DNA from: Octopus vulgaris
Taxonomy: Eukaryota
NCBI GenBank assembly: GCA_951406725.2
Contig: OX597824.1
Coordinates: 86,862,001 to 86,926,000 of the forward strand
Length of the DNA stretch: 64,000 nt
Direction of reading: 5' to 3'
The stretch's first letter is position 1. Every line of letters begins with the position of its first letter. Positions 41,000-53,377 of the stretch are shown one piece after another. Both the position numbers and the translations under genes were made by a program. The notes under the pieces were generated by a model. It searched no databases, had not been told where the DNA came from, and saw only the letters and a program-made list of their open reading frames with translations.

Positions 41000-41431
41000 T
41001 CTCTCTCTATATAAACGGCAGTTTGTCTGTCTGTGTGTCTGTCAGGTTGTACCCTCACCCTGATCACGGCTTTCAACCGATTCTGATGAAACTTGACACA
41101 CACATAACCCAATGTCATAATTCAAAACTAACGCAGCGAACATTTTGAAAAGTTCCCTCAGTTCTGAAAAAAATCGATAAATTCGACATGGGGTCGAGAA
41201 TCTAAGCTTTTTATATGCAACACATTTTCTGTCTAGGGGACACTACTCGACCTTTTTATTGCCCAAAGGGACAGCTAGGAACATCGTATACACAAAAGTA
41301 TTCGAGTGAAGAAAAGACATTGCAACCTACACATGCGCCTTCGTTCCCTAGAGGGAAAGGACTAGATTGGGATTAGTCGTTGCCTACTAGGGGCTCTTAC
41401 GTACCCGGGCAATGCCGGGCTATGCTGCTAG
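41000..41431 (+). mobile_element. Non-autonomous Helitron, second family
   Basis: A|TC start, CCCGGGCAATGCCGGG hairpin ~8 nt before CTAG|T. Confidence 0.85.
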
Positions 41432-42972
41432 TCCAGAATCATAAAATGTAAGCCAATGTGGGCGCTGTGACTCAGTACAATAGGAGTTCTAGTCATAATG
41501 AGCAGTTTGGAGATGATGGTGCATGTATAAACACAACAGACTCCCACACAATTTTCATCTACCATATTCACTTACAAGGCATTGGTTCAGGGCTATAGCA
41601 GAAGACATTTGTCCAAAGTACCGTGCACTGGGACTGAACCTAAAACCACATGGTTGCAAAGTGAACCTCTTAACCACACAGCCATACCTGCACCCATACA
41701 TTTTGCCTCCTTAAATTCCTTCCACCAATTCATTTTCTTCAATCCAATTACATCATCTGCAATCAAAATTTGCATATAGGTGCAAGAGTGGCTGTGTGGT
41801 AAATAGCTTGCTTACCAACCACATGATTCCGGGTTCAGTCCCACTGTGTGGCACCTTGGGCAAGTGTCTTCTATTATAACCTCGGGCCGACCAAAGCCTT
41901 GTGAGTGGATTTGGTAGACAGAAATTGAAAGAAGCCTGTCGTATATATGTATATGTGTGTGTGTTTGTGTGTCTGTGTTTGTCCCCTCAACATCGCTTGA
42001 CAACCGATGCTGGTGTGTTTACGTCCCCATAACTTAGCGGTTTGGCAAAAGAGACAGATAGAATAAGTACTAGGCTTACAAAGAATAAGTCCTGGGGTCG
42101 ATTTGCTCAACTAAAGGCGGTGCTCCAGCATGGCCACAGTCAAATGACTGAAACAAGTAGAAGAGTAATAATTTCAAGTACTCACTCAGTTGTGTTTTAG
42201 TTTATTATTATTATTATTATTATTATTATTTTTCTCCTTTCTCTCTGTTCTTCTCTATCTTGCAAGTTGCTTGGCAACCTCACTAGCGCTGGTACCACTT
42301 TAAAAGCACCCAGTACATTCTGTAAAGTGGTTGGCTTTAGGAAGGGCATCCAGCTGTAGAAACCATGCCAGAACTGACACTGGGGCTTGGCACAGTCCTG
42401 CAGCTCACTGGGTCCTGTCAAACCATCCAACCCATGCCAGCATGGAAAACAGACATTCAAATGATATTGAAAATAGATTCAGTTCTCTCTGGGCTTATCA
42501 TAATGTACTTTGAGGTTATTTTCACTGGTGACTCACAATCACAAGGCAGTGATAGCTTGTCTTAAGCTACAAACACTGGTATTTTACCAGGTGTCTAACA
42601 AGGAAGAAAGCCAGCTTCATGCAAGAAGTCTGTCCTTGAAACTTATACGTTTGTGCTGTCTGCTGCTGAACGGGGAAATGCTTGAAAACCTGCTTGGGTG
42701 TTAAGCAGACAACAGCATATAACTGAAGTAGCTGCACAGAGATTGTGCATTGTATTTGCATTACGGAGGTGTCTGTGACAAAGTCAAGAGAGAAAGCAGC
42801 TTATTAAGCCATTTTGTTGAGTGGTTAAACAAATACTTGCAATTAACACTGAAAAGTGGTTGCAAATATTTACATTCAACATACAGATTGATTGTATCCG
42901 AACAAACAATTAGCAAATCATCTTGATAGAAGGGTAATTTCATTAAAGGAAAGTTAATTATACCAAGAGTAT

Positions 42973-43184
42973 ACTCTTTTACTCTTTTCAGTCATTTGAC
43001 TGTGGCCATGCTGGAGCACCGCCTTTAATCGAGCAACTTGACCCCGGGACTTATTCTTTTGTGAGCCCAGTACTTATTCTATCGGTCTCTTTTGCCGAAC
43101 CGCTAAGTAACGGGGACATAAACACACCAGCATCGGTTGTCAAGCAATGCTAGGGGGACAAATACAGACACACAAACATAGACA

Positions 43185-43222
<38 letters not shown>

Positions 43223-43388
43223 TACGACGGACTTCTTTCAGTTTCCGTCTACCAAATCCACTCACAAGGCTTTGGTCGGCCCGAGGCTATAGTAGAAGAT
43301 ACTTGCCCAAGGTACCACACAGTGGGACTGAACCTGGAACCGTGTGGTTGCTAAACAAGCTACTTACCACACAGCCACTCCTGCACCT
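42973..43388 (-). mobile_element. SINE family A, minus-strand representative. Other - copies: ~3870, 6615, 9415, 11810, 21838, 25380, 27842, 29315, 33295, 35040, 48655, 50175, 54620, 57177
   Basis: Reverse complement of family A; source of the recurrent spurious ORFs such as [43 protein letters not shown]. Confidence 0.92.
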
Positions 43389-43404
43389 GTGTTTTCTCAA
43401 TTTT

Positions 43405-43895
43405 TTTTTTTTTAATTTAGTTTCAGCTCAGAGCTGCGGCCATGCTGATGCACCGCTGTTTTGTGCTACACTGTTATTACTAAGATCCTCCTTTAATATG
43501 TGGCACTTGGTGAAGCATGGAGTTTGATATAGCTACCCTCATTTGCACCTCTTGCCGTGAGGTAGGTTCATCTGGGACTCTCGACAGGAAAAGGTCCAGC
43601 TTTGATTTAAAAACCGCTACATCTACTTTGTGCAAGTTCCTCAGACTCTTTGGGAGAATATTAAAAAGCTGTGGGCCCTTGAAACCCAGGCTGTTGCAGT
43701 AACTGGTCCTGAAGCGTGATGGCATTGCTGGGATCTTTGGCACTATGCAGTGTTGTCCTGTTCTAGCATCGGTGTAGCTTTCAATGCCAAAATTTGGCAC
43801 AATTCCTTCCAGGATCTTCCAGATATATATTACTGCATACCTCTCCCGTCTTCTCTCCAGGGAGTAGAGTCTTTGCTGTTTCAACCTTTCCCAAT
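43405..43895 (-). mobile_element. 5'-truncated CR1/L2-group LINE 3' end
   Basis: ORF 43480-43884 LYSLERRRERYAVIYIWKILEG...GPQLFNILPKSLRN...FKSKLDLFLSRVPDEP, followed by a short 3' UTR and an A-rich tail. Confidence 0.88.
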
Positions 43896-45244
43896 TGTTT
43901 ATGGAAACTCATCACGGGGGTTTGTTTTGAGTCGTACTTTACAGTGGATGCCTTTCCTGACATCCAAACTCCTAGAAGCTCTCTACGACACACAGATGTA
44001 CGCACACAGTATAAAGATATAGGATACACTCTGTATAAAGATTAATGAAATGCGATTCTAATTTGTGCCAAGAAGAGGAATGACTGATAAAGTCTTTATT
44101 ATAAGGCAATCGCAGGAAAATAAGCAGATGTCGTTTAATGGGTTTGTTGATCTGGAGAAAACTTTTGACAGGGTTTAGTCCAGGCCTGGCCAACTTGAAT
44201 TATGACAAGCTGGCAGAAATGTTAGCATGCCAAATGAAATGCTTAGCGGTATTTCATCTGCTGTTACGTTCTGAGTTCAAATTCAGCCAGGGTCGACTTT
44301 GCCTTTCATCCTTTCTGGGGTCGATATAATCAACTTAATCCATTTGTCTGTCCTTGTTTTGTCTTCTCTGTGTTTAGCCCCTTGTGGGTAGTAAAGAAAT
44401 AGGTATTTCATCTGCCGTTATGTTCTGAGTTCAAATTCCGCTGAGGTCGACTTAGCCTCTCATCCTTTTGGGATCGATTATATAAGTACCAGTTACACAC
44501 TGGGGTCGTTATAATCGACTTCATCCCTTTGTCTGTTCTTGTTTGGCCCCTTGTGGGCAATAAAGAAATAAGAAACAACTCATTTTTGCTAGCTGAGTGG
44601 AGTGGAGCAATGTGAAATAAAATGTCTTGCTGAAGGACACAGTGCACTGGTGGGTATTGAACTCAGAACCTTACAGCTGTGAGCCAAATACCCTAACCAC
44701 TTGGCCACATGCCTTCACCAGTAGGGAAGGTTAGACAGAATTGGAATGAGAAATGGTTCAGTGAATGAGTGGAGAATTACTGAGAGAGAGAGAGAGAGTG
44801 AATGAGCAAGACTGTGAATTGCAGAGAATGATGGGAATAATGGATGCTGTGAAGACAAATTAGATGAAATGACTGGGTCATGGGCTGAAGAAGGATGGAA
44901 TTGATTGTGTGAGAAGATTAGTAGGAATGACTGTGGGAAGAATTAGAAGCAGAAGGCCAAGAAAACATGGCTAAAGATGATGGAGGAGCAAATGAGGGCA
45001 AGGCAGGGAGATTGATGAGAAGGATGAGAGGGGATAGGTCAAGACGAGGGGAAGTGTCATGGGGTCCCCGCAGAGCTAACCCTTGACTTATTAGGGGAAA
45101 AATAAGCTTAAAATGCTTCGTGTAATTCCTTATGGAAATTGAGCTCTGTAAGTATTAATTCGAAATAATCGTTAGTCAGATGTCAAAACTGCAGCAAAGT
45201 AAAATGTACCAGTTCCATGTGAAGAGAGGGCGATTCGTACTGCG

Positions 45245-45320
45245 TATATGATTACATATATTTGTATGTATAAATATATGTACTTATACACATACATACT
45301 TACTCATTCATATATACATA

Positions 45321-45372
<52 letters not shown>

Positions 45373-45382
45373 TGTGTGTATA

Positions 45383-45422
<40 letters not shown>

Positions 45423-45626
45423 ATGTGTGTATATATATGCATATATATACATACATATATATATATATATACGTATATATATATGTATACATATATATAT
45501 ATATATATGTATACATATATATATGTATATACATGTATACATATATATGTATATATATGTATATACATGTATACATATATATATATGTATATACATGTAT
45601 ACATATATATACATATATGTATATAC

Positions 45627-45671
<45 letters not shown>

Positions 45672-45716
45672 CATATATATACATATATATATATATACAT
45701 ATATATATATACATAC

Positions 45717-45771
<55 letters not shown>

Positions 45772-45800
45772 TACATGAATATGCATGTGTGTGTGCACTT
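45245..45800. repeat. (TA)n/(TACA)n microsatellite
   Basis: Directly visible. Confidence 0.95.
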
Positions 45801-46428
45801 GTGGTGGTGCAGTGCCAGTAGTTGTGTCTCTGTGTGTTTGAACATGTGTATTTAAAGATTTTGCAAGGTCATTTTTCATGCAAAAATCTGACTCCAAAAG
45901 AGCTTAATTTTCTATTTCTCATTGCTTCCATTTTATTTTAATCACATCCTTATACAACTAGCAACTAATGTAATGCAATATTTTAACTAGCAGCTCATGT
46001 TATGTAATATATATAACTTTCAGTTCATGTTATGTAATATTTGTAACTAGTCACTTATATAACATTTGTAAGAACAATTAACTAGAATTATATAAATTTT
46101 TCTACAAATCTCTTATAGGGTTAGAGAAAAATTTTTTAAAGAATTCGTTTATTAACTTTTTTTTTTTCCTGTTTAGTAATCGTTTTTAACCGTTTTGTTA
46201 CCATGTTTCTGTTGAAAGACACTGCCTTTGTTTCAAATCATTTTGAAAATGATAAAAAAATTTAGCAAGAGTAGCTGTGTGGTAAGTAGCTTGCTTACCA
46301 ACCACATGGTTCCGGGTTCAGTCCCACTGCGTGGCACCTTGGGCAAGTGTCTTCTGCTATAACCTCAGGCCGGCCAAAGCCTTGTGAGTGGATTTGGTAG
46401 ATGGAAACTCAAAGAAGCCCGTCGTATA

Positions 46429-46491
<63 letters not shown>

Positions 46492-47078
46492 TATGTGATC
46501 ATGTGACCAACCAGGTTATCAGATATTGCTACACATCGCTGGTCACAATGCGCTTCACATTCTTTTAGCCTTCAAATGATGCCACCCCGCTGGTTAAGCG
46601 AGCAGGCTAACAGAAGAAAGAGTGAGAGAAAGTTGTAAGAGTACAGCAGGGATCACCACCACCACCACCCCTGCCGGAGCATTGTGAAGCTTTAGGTGTT
46701 TTCGTTCATTAAACACTCACAGCGCCCAGTGGGCCATTGCGCCTCCACATGTATGTATGTATGTATGTGTGTGTGTGTGTGTGTGTGTATTTATGTGTCT
46801 GTTCCCCCCAGCATCGCTTGACAACCAATGCTGGTGTGTTTATACCCCTGTAACTTAGTATTTCGGCAAAAGAGACCAATAGAATTAGTACTAGGCTTAC
46901 AAAGATTAGGTCCTGGGGTCGATTTGCTCGACTAAAGGCGGTGCTCCTGCATGGCCACAGTCAAATGTAAAAGTGTAAAAGAGAGAGTAAAGAGTAAAGT
47001 AACTTTACCATTATTTACCTGGTGTTTGGAACATAAATCAACAGGAAATTTTCAAAGATGGTTTGTAGATCACTTTAA

Positions 47079-47736
47079 CCCTTTCGTTACCGTATTTCTT
47101 TTCAAATGTTCTGTGTTTCTTTTAATTAATTTTAAATATAACAAAGAATTTAGTAAAATAACTTGGTTATCATTAACCTAGTGTAAGGAACATAAATCTC
47201 TATATATAAAGCTGAAGTTGTCTGTGTGTGGCAGGTTTGGCAGCCTTCAACTAATACAATCTCCTCCGAGACCCTGCGGCACAAGTTGACCAAAATTGAA
47301 AGTATGATAGAAGAAGGCTTGCTCTTCCTTCTGTAGGAGATAAAATTCAAATTGGACCATGTTAAGACCAAAAATTATTTACATCAAAAAGGTGCTTTTT
47401 TTCTCTGAAAATCCCTATTTTTTTAACGATTATTTTGACTGCTGTGTCACCACTTTTTCGGTGTATTTCAACCAGAAAAATGTTCACTTAAAGAGAATAA
47501 CAAGCTACATAATGGAAAATTTTTGCTTTTCAAAAATTCCAATTCTAAAGGGTCGAAATAAAACTGCTAGCTGTGACTAAAGTTTGATGGAAAAGTTTAA
47601 TTCAAAACTTAGGAAAACAAGACATTTGTACTACAGAGCCAGAAGCAGTTTCAGCCAGGTTATTATCGAAAAGGTTAAACATGAAGTTTGTATCATTGAA
47701 ACAGAGGTGGTCCAGGGTGGGTTGGTAACGAAAGGG
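47079..47736. mobile_element. piggyBac-like MITE (same family, opposite orientation) containing a Helitron insertion
   Basis: TTAA duplication and the same TIRs; internal sequence matches the reverse complement of 23490-23711 on either side of 47197-47570. Confidence 0.8.
47197..47570 (+). mobile_element. Non-autonomous Helitron
   Basis: 5' TC after an A, 3' CTAG, no target duplication; homologous to 19651-20050 but lacking the subterminal hairpin. Confidence 0.8.
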
Positions 47737-47804
47737 TTAACTTGTATTTTATATATTTTAACTTCAAATTTGTATATTTTTATATATTTGTATTTTACAT
47801 AAAT

Positions 47805-48003
47805 GTGAAACAAGGTGGAAAAAAGAGTACTCAAATACCAGTGGTAAAGTAATATGCTTTATTTAAAGCAGCAGAAAATTCAACAAGACCTGTTACTCTG
47901 AGTTTCCCATTGCCGTTCTAGCAGAAACTGTCCGATGAACGGCAATGGGAAACTCAGAGTAACAGGTTTTGTTGAATTTTCTACTGCTTTAAATAAAGTA
48001 TAT
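47805..48003. mobile_element. Fold-back element (Penelope-like terminal sequence)
   Basis: Inverted arms ~47853-47918 and ~47937-48002 around an 18-nt spacer; the left extension is related to 14490-14540. Confidence 0.65.
47928..47965 (+). ncRNA. Hammerhead motif with U4C core change, inside a fold-back
   Basis: CTGT-CCGATGA-ACGGCAATGG-GAAA-CTCAGAG-TA-ACAG. Stem I CUGU/ACAG, stem III CUC/GAG, GUA triplet; stem II is degraded. Confidence 0.6.
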
Positions 48004-48102
48004 TTGTATTTTATATATTTTAACTTCTAATTTGTATATTTTTATAGATTTGTATTTTATATATTTTCACTTCTAATTTGTATATTTTTATATATTTTAC
48101 AG

Positions 48103-48503
48103 TTATATGTACTGGACGGACTGGGGTGAGCGGCCTAAAATTGAACGTGCTGGAATGGATGGAAATAAATTAAATCGTTCTGTGATAATAAGTGAAGATA
48201 TCCACTGGCCAAATGGCTTGACTTTAGACTATGATGATTCCAAAATTTATTGGGCTGATGCCAAACTCAATTTTATTCATAGTTGCAATTTTGACGGATC
48301 TGACCGCAGGCCAGTTGTAGAAGGTTCGTTACCTCATCCTTTTGCATTGACACTCTTTGAAGAAACACTTTTTTGGACAGACTGGCACACCCGTGCCATT
48401 TATTCATGTGATAAGAGAACTGGAAGTAATAAGGAGGTGGTACACAGTGATATCTTCTCGCCAATGGATATTCATGTCTACACTGCCAAGAGACAGCCTA
48501 GCA
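48103..48503 (+). CDS. LRP6: LRP5/6 exon: second half of propeller 1
   Basis: Acceptor ttttacag ends at 48102, donor gtgagt at 48504, phases 2/1, in frame with the previous exon (GG+T=Gly). [20 protein letters not shown]...WPNGLTLDY...IYWADAKL...[10 protein letters not shown]...LFWTDW...[15 protein letters not shown]. Confidence 0.97.
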
Positions 48504-48989
48504 GTGAGTAGCAAATTCTTACCATTCTGTAGAGAATTTGCTTGTTTATCATGACAATTATTTTCATGTTTTTGTTTGTTTTTTTTTGTTTTTGTTTTTG
48601 TGACCATGGTTACTTGTATATTGAATTTACTTTTGCTTTTATGTATCTTTTTATCTTTTACTTATTTCAGTCATTTGACTGTGGCCATGCTGGGGCACTG
48701 CCTCGAAGAACTTTCAGTCGAATGAATTGATCCCAGTACTTTTTTGTTTTTTTTGAAAACCTAGTATTCTCTCTCTTTTGCTGGACTCCTAAGTTAAAGG
48801 GACGTAAACACACCAACACCAGTTGTCAAGTGGTTATAAAGGACAAACATAAGCACACACACATACCATGGGCTTTTTTTCAGTTTCCACCTACCAAATC
48901 CATTCACAAGGCTTTGGTTGGCCTGAGGCTATAGTAGAAGACACTTGCCCCAGGTACCACGCAGTGGGACTGAACTCAGAACCTTGTGG

Positions 48990-49170
48990 TCATTTGTCAT
49001 CAACTCTGTATGACTCAACACCCAAAGATCATATTTCACCACCTTATCCCACATATTCTTGGGGCTCTACATCCTCCACAGGTTCCCTCCACAATTAGAG
49101 ATCGGCACTTCTTTACGCAGCTGTCCTCATCTATACGCATCACATGGCCATACAAGCACAGTCTTCTATC
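48990..49170 (-). mobile_element. RTE ORF2 C-terminal remnant
   Basis: RRLCLYGHVMRIDEDSCVKKCRSLIVEGTCG resembles the RTE RRLRWYGHV..RGRPRKTW region. Confidence 0.7.
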
Positions 49171-49715
49171 ATTTGTATATATAGGTGCAGAAGTTCCGGT
49201 TCCGGTTTCAGTCCCACTGCGTGGCACCTTGGGCATTTCAGTCTTCTGCGAAAACATGTCTAGCCATGAGGAAATATTGCCGTGCTTGGAAATAGGTGAG
49301 GCTTGGTGCCAAGAAGGGCATCTGACCATAGAAAATCTGACTCAATGAATTCCATTTGACCCATGCAAGCATGGGAAATTGGATATGAAAATGATGATGA
49401 TGATGTTTGTGTGTGTGTATATTAAAATGATGATGGTGTGTGTGCATGTGTGTGTGTGTGTGTGTGTGTGCGTGCGTGCATGCATATTTCAAATATGTCT
49501 GTTACACCTGGGTAGTGGGCATAATCCATCACCTGGTTTGAGGATACTTTCCTCTCTTCCTTTACCAGTCTTGGAGGATTTATAAAGGTCAAGGGCATTG
49601 CCTTCTCCCTTGATGAAAAGAGTAAAAAAAATTGTTCCTTTCAGTCAATCACTTGGTATGTAGCATTGGTATTATTTACATTCAACGGATATTTATCCTC
49701 ATCTTGTTTGTTGGT

Positions 49716-49761
49716 AACACAACGTTTCGGCTGATGTACTCTCCAGCCTTCATCAGGTGTC
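49716..49761 (-). ncRNA. Minimal hammerhead motif, inverted copy of 50004-50049
   Basis: Exact reverse complement of the 50004-50049 motif, in the left arm of the fold-back. Confidence 0.8.
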
Positions 49762-50003
49762 TTGGGGAAATTTCGAACCTGGTTTCTCATTCCTAAGGTA
49801 TTTTTTAATGTTCAGGTCACTGCTTGGAATCATATGCCCACGGGCATATGGCATAGTGGTTAAGAGCGCGGGCTACTAACCCCAAGATTCTGAGTTCGAT
49901 TCCAAGCAGTGACCTGAACACTAACAACAACAATAATAATAATAATAACAATAACATTGAAAAATACCTTAGGAATGAGAACCCAGGTTTGAAATTTCCC
50001 CAA

Positions 50004-50049
50004 GACACCTGATGAAGGCTGGAGAGTACATCAGCCGAAACGTTGTGTT
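50004..50049 (+). ncRNA. Minimal type-I hammerhead ribozyme motif, canonical core
   Basis: GACAC-CTGATGA-A-GGCTG(gagagtacat)CAGCC-GAAA-CGTT-GTGTT. Stem I GACAC/GUGUU, 5-bp stem II, palindromic AACGUU in place of stem III, GUU cleavage triplet. Confidence 0.8.
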
Positions 50050-50967
50050 AACAACAAACAAGATGAGGATAAATATCCATCTAATGTAAATAATGTAGCA
50101 TTGCTGTCTGGAAAAGTTGGGTTTCTTGCTAGAAAAAACTTGCATTAATAGAAACTGTGGTTGTTCTTGATCTTTTACTTGTTTTGATCATTAGACTGTG
50201 GCCATGTTGGGGCACCACCTTGCGAAATTTTAGTTGAACGAATCAACTCCAGTACTTTTTGTTTAAGCCAGCTACTTATTCTGTCAGTCTCTTTAGCTGA
50301 ACCACTAAGTTACGTAGGATGTAAATGCACCAACACCAGTTGTCAAGCAGTGGTAGAGGACACACATACACACGTGTGTGTGGAGGTGCATGGCATAGTG
50401 GTTAGGGTATTCGACCCATGATCATAAGGTCATGAGTTCAATTCCCGGCAGCACGTCGTCTCCTTGAGCAAGACACTTTACTTCACGTTGCTCCAGTCCA
50501 CTCAGCTGGCAAAAATGGGTTGTATCTGTAATTCAAAGGGCTGTGCTTGACACATTCTCTGTCACACTGAATCTCCCAGAGAACTAAATTAAGGGTACAC
50601 GTGTCTGTGGAGTACTCAGCCACTTGCACATTACTTTTATGAACAGGGTGTTCTGTCAATCGGATCAACTGGGACCTTCGCCGTCATAAATGACAGTGCC
50701 ACATTATATATACGACGGGCTTCTTTCAGTTTCCGTCTACCAAATCCACTCACAAGGCTTTGGCTGGCCCAAGGTTATAGAAGAAGACACTTACCCTAGG
50801 TGCCACGCAGTGGGACTGAACCCAGAACTATGTGGTTGGTAAGCAATCTTCTTACCATACAACTACTCCTGCACCTATGTGTGTCAACCTGTTCAGTGTG
50901 TTTTCAGGCAATGAGTTTTATGTAGGTCCTGTAAGTTTTTGATAGAATTTGTTATAAGTTGTGTGAT

Positions 50968-51348
50968 GGAAGCACTCCGTCGGTTACGACGACGAGGGTT
51001 CTGGTTGATCCGATCAACGGAACAGTCTGCTCGTGAAATTAACGTGTAAGTGGCTGAGCACTCCACAGACACGTGTACCCTTAACGTAGTTCTCGGGGGA
51101 TATTCAGCCTGACACAGAGAGTGACAAGGCCGGCCCCTTGAAATACAGGTACAACAGAAACAGGAAGTAAGAATGAGAAAGTTGTGGTGAAAGAGTACAG
51201 CAGGGATCACCACCATCCCCTGCTGGAGCCTCGTGGAGCTTTAAGTGTTTGCGCTCAATAAACACTCACAACGCCCGGTCTGGGAATCGAAACCGCGATC
51301 CTACGACCGCGAGTCCGCTGCCCTAACCACTGGGCCATTGCGCCTCCA
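50968..51348 (-). mobile_element. tRNA-derived SINE family C. Other copies: ~10225+, 46490-
   Basis: Minus-strand head GGAGGCGCAATGGCCCAGTGGTTAGGG...GGTTTCGATTCCC with clear A and B boxes. Confidence 0.85.
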
Positions 51349-53191
51349 CTCATAACCTGTGTAAGATGTTTTTGACTACAGTCCCAAATCAGGGGCATGG
51401 GAAATGTTTTCAGTGTTGATTTACAAAATTAAGCTTCCTCGGCTGTGATTTGTTCAGTTTGACCCCATGGTGTCAACGACTATTTAAAAATAGATTTATT
51501 TGTTTATCTCAGGGTTTAAGATTTGAAACCTAATACCCTGGTAACCGAGATAATAAAGATTTGCAGATATGTATAAGTATTAGATTAATAACTCAGATAT
51601 CTTAGGAATACACTCTCTGGTTTATGTAGTCTTTGTAAACCAGCTTGTAGGCTGAACATTTTGGCATGAAATCTCTCCTTAATGATTCATTTAAGTTTGG
51701 TACTTATGAAAATGGGAGTTTACAAAGTTTTGGGTTGTCAGATAAATTTGTTGATTTTTATTTTTTCTACTTGGTATTCCAACATTATACATCTGAAAAA
51801 AAGTAACATTTATTACAAAGCAACGAAAATATTTTGACAAATTAAATTTAAATGTTGAAGTGAATCTAACGGTTTTGTGTGTTTCTTAAATGGCTTATAA
51901 ACACCTTCCACACTGCAATTGTTACATATATATATATATATAGATATGTTCCTTTCTGTGGAAGAGCATAGGCTCGAAGCATTAAAGACTTTTTCACTTC
52001 CCGACTGTTATACTAATACATCTGTTTGTTGTCTACACCATCTGCTTCGTCTTTTGTTTTTGTGAATTCTCCCCGACCCCTATATAAATATATATATATA
52101 TATGGTTGTTATATATTTTTGACAGCATAATAAGTTAGGTAGGATGATATCTATATTACAATACCTTCCACGCAGCAATTGTTTTCGTTCCAGCACACGA
52201 TCTCAGATCAAGTCACTTGCTATGCAAGTACATCTCCGTAACATTTATTCATATTTCAAAAGCGATAAACAGAAGTTGTAGAAGAAGAATTGGTCTACAA
52301 AAATTCAATAAAACACTATTCTTTTATGAGTTTCAGCCCAAAGACTGTGGCCATGCTGGGGTACCACCTGTGTAATCAATTTTCAATGGCCATTGGCTTT
52401 TGCTGAAGGAGAGTGTTTGACATTGCAGCCCTCTTTTGTGTTTCTTGCTGTCATATAGACTTGTTAATTCAAAGAACATTGGAAAGGATTAAAATAAATG
52501 GAGGGGAAAAAAAGATCAAATTTATCTGACTCCCTAATACCGTTTCCTGTTGTCCAGAGGTATTATTGAGGTCCTTTTATTATTGTTAATATGGACAAAG
52601 GCTTATGTCCTTTGTATAGTTTAATGTTCCTGCTTACATTTCATCATCATCATCATCGTTTTAACGTCTGTTTTCCATGCTAGCATGGGTTGGACGGTTC
52701 GGCCAGGGTCTGGGAAGCCAGGAGGCTGCACCAGGCTCCAGTCTGATGTGGCAGTGTTTCTATAGCTGGATGGCCTTCCTAACGCCAACCACTCCGTGAG
52801 TGTAGTGGTTGCTTTTTACGTGCCAGTGGGGGCTGGCAACGGCCACTTTCGGTTGGTGCTTTTACGTGTCACCAACACGGACGCCAGTCAGGCGGCGCTG
52901 GCATCTGCCACGTTCAGACGTGCTTTTAACATGTCACCAGCACGCTAGCTTAACTACAATTTCCATTTGATTTTCATTTTGATGTTGGTGTTTGATTTTC
53001 ATTTTGATGTGTGTTCGTTAACCTGTGAAGATGCATGGCCTGGTGGTTTAGGTGTTGCACTGTGAGAGCATTCGAGTTTATTTCAGATACTCTCATTTTA
53101 AAAATCATCTCTGGCTAATCTCAATAGAGGACGTTGGTGTTGCCTTGGTGGTGGTTTGCGCTCTCTGAGTGCTCTTGTTATTTTTTGCTTT

Positions 53192-53234
53192 CACTACATT
53201 TCAGCTGTTGTATACTCCAGCCTTCTTCAGGTGT
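53192..53234 (-). ncRNA. Decayed hammerhead motif, same family as 50004
   Basis: Minus strand reads ACAC-CTGAAGA-A-GGCTG(gagtatacaa)CAGCT-GAAA-TGTA-GTG. Confidence 0.55.
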
Positions 53235-53377
53235 TTTTTGTTGAACTCTGTTGTATCAGAATTTAAAACCCTAACCTTTTATTCGATCCACGGGGACATA
53301 CACTGTTCTCATTCCACTCTCTGCATTTCATGGCATCTTTTGCTTCAGTTGAGTCTGTGAATTACCTTAGTATGAAT

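Larger units (their letters stand above)
49671..50094. mobile_element. Head-to-head inverted element: tRNA-like head + (AAT)n + hammerhead-bearing tail (candidate Penelope-dependent SINE)
   Basis: Inverted arms of ~140-170 bp; A box TGGCATAGTGG 49849-59 and B box GAGTTCGATTC 49892-902; flanked by the direct repeat ATGTAGCATTG (49658-68, 50093-103). Confidence 0.7.

Noticed and set aside
49842-49915. tRNA gene
   Set aside because: Has A and B boxes and an anticodon-like arm but no acceptor stem or terminator; it is a SINE-type head. The same applies to the heads of SINE families A, C and D.
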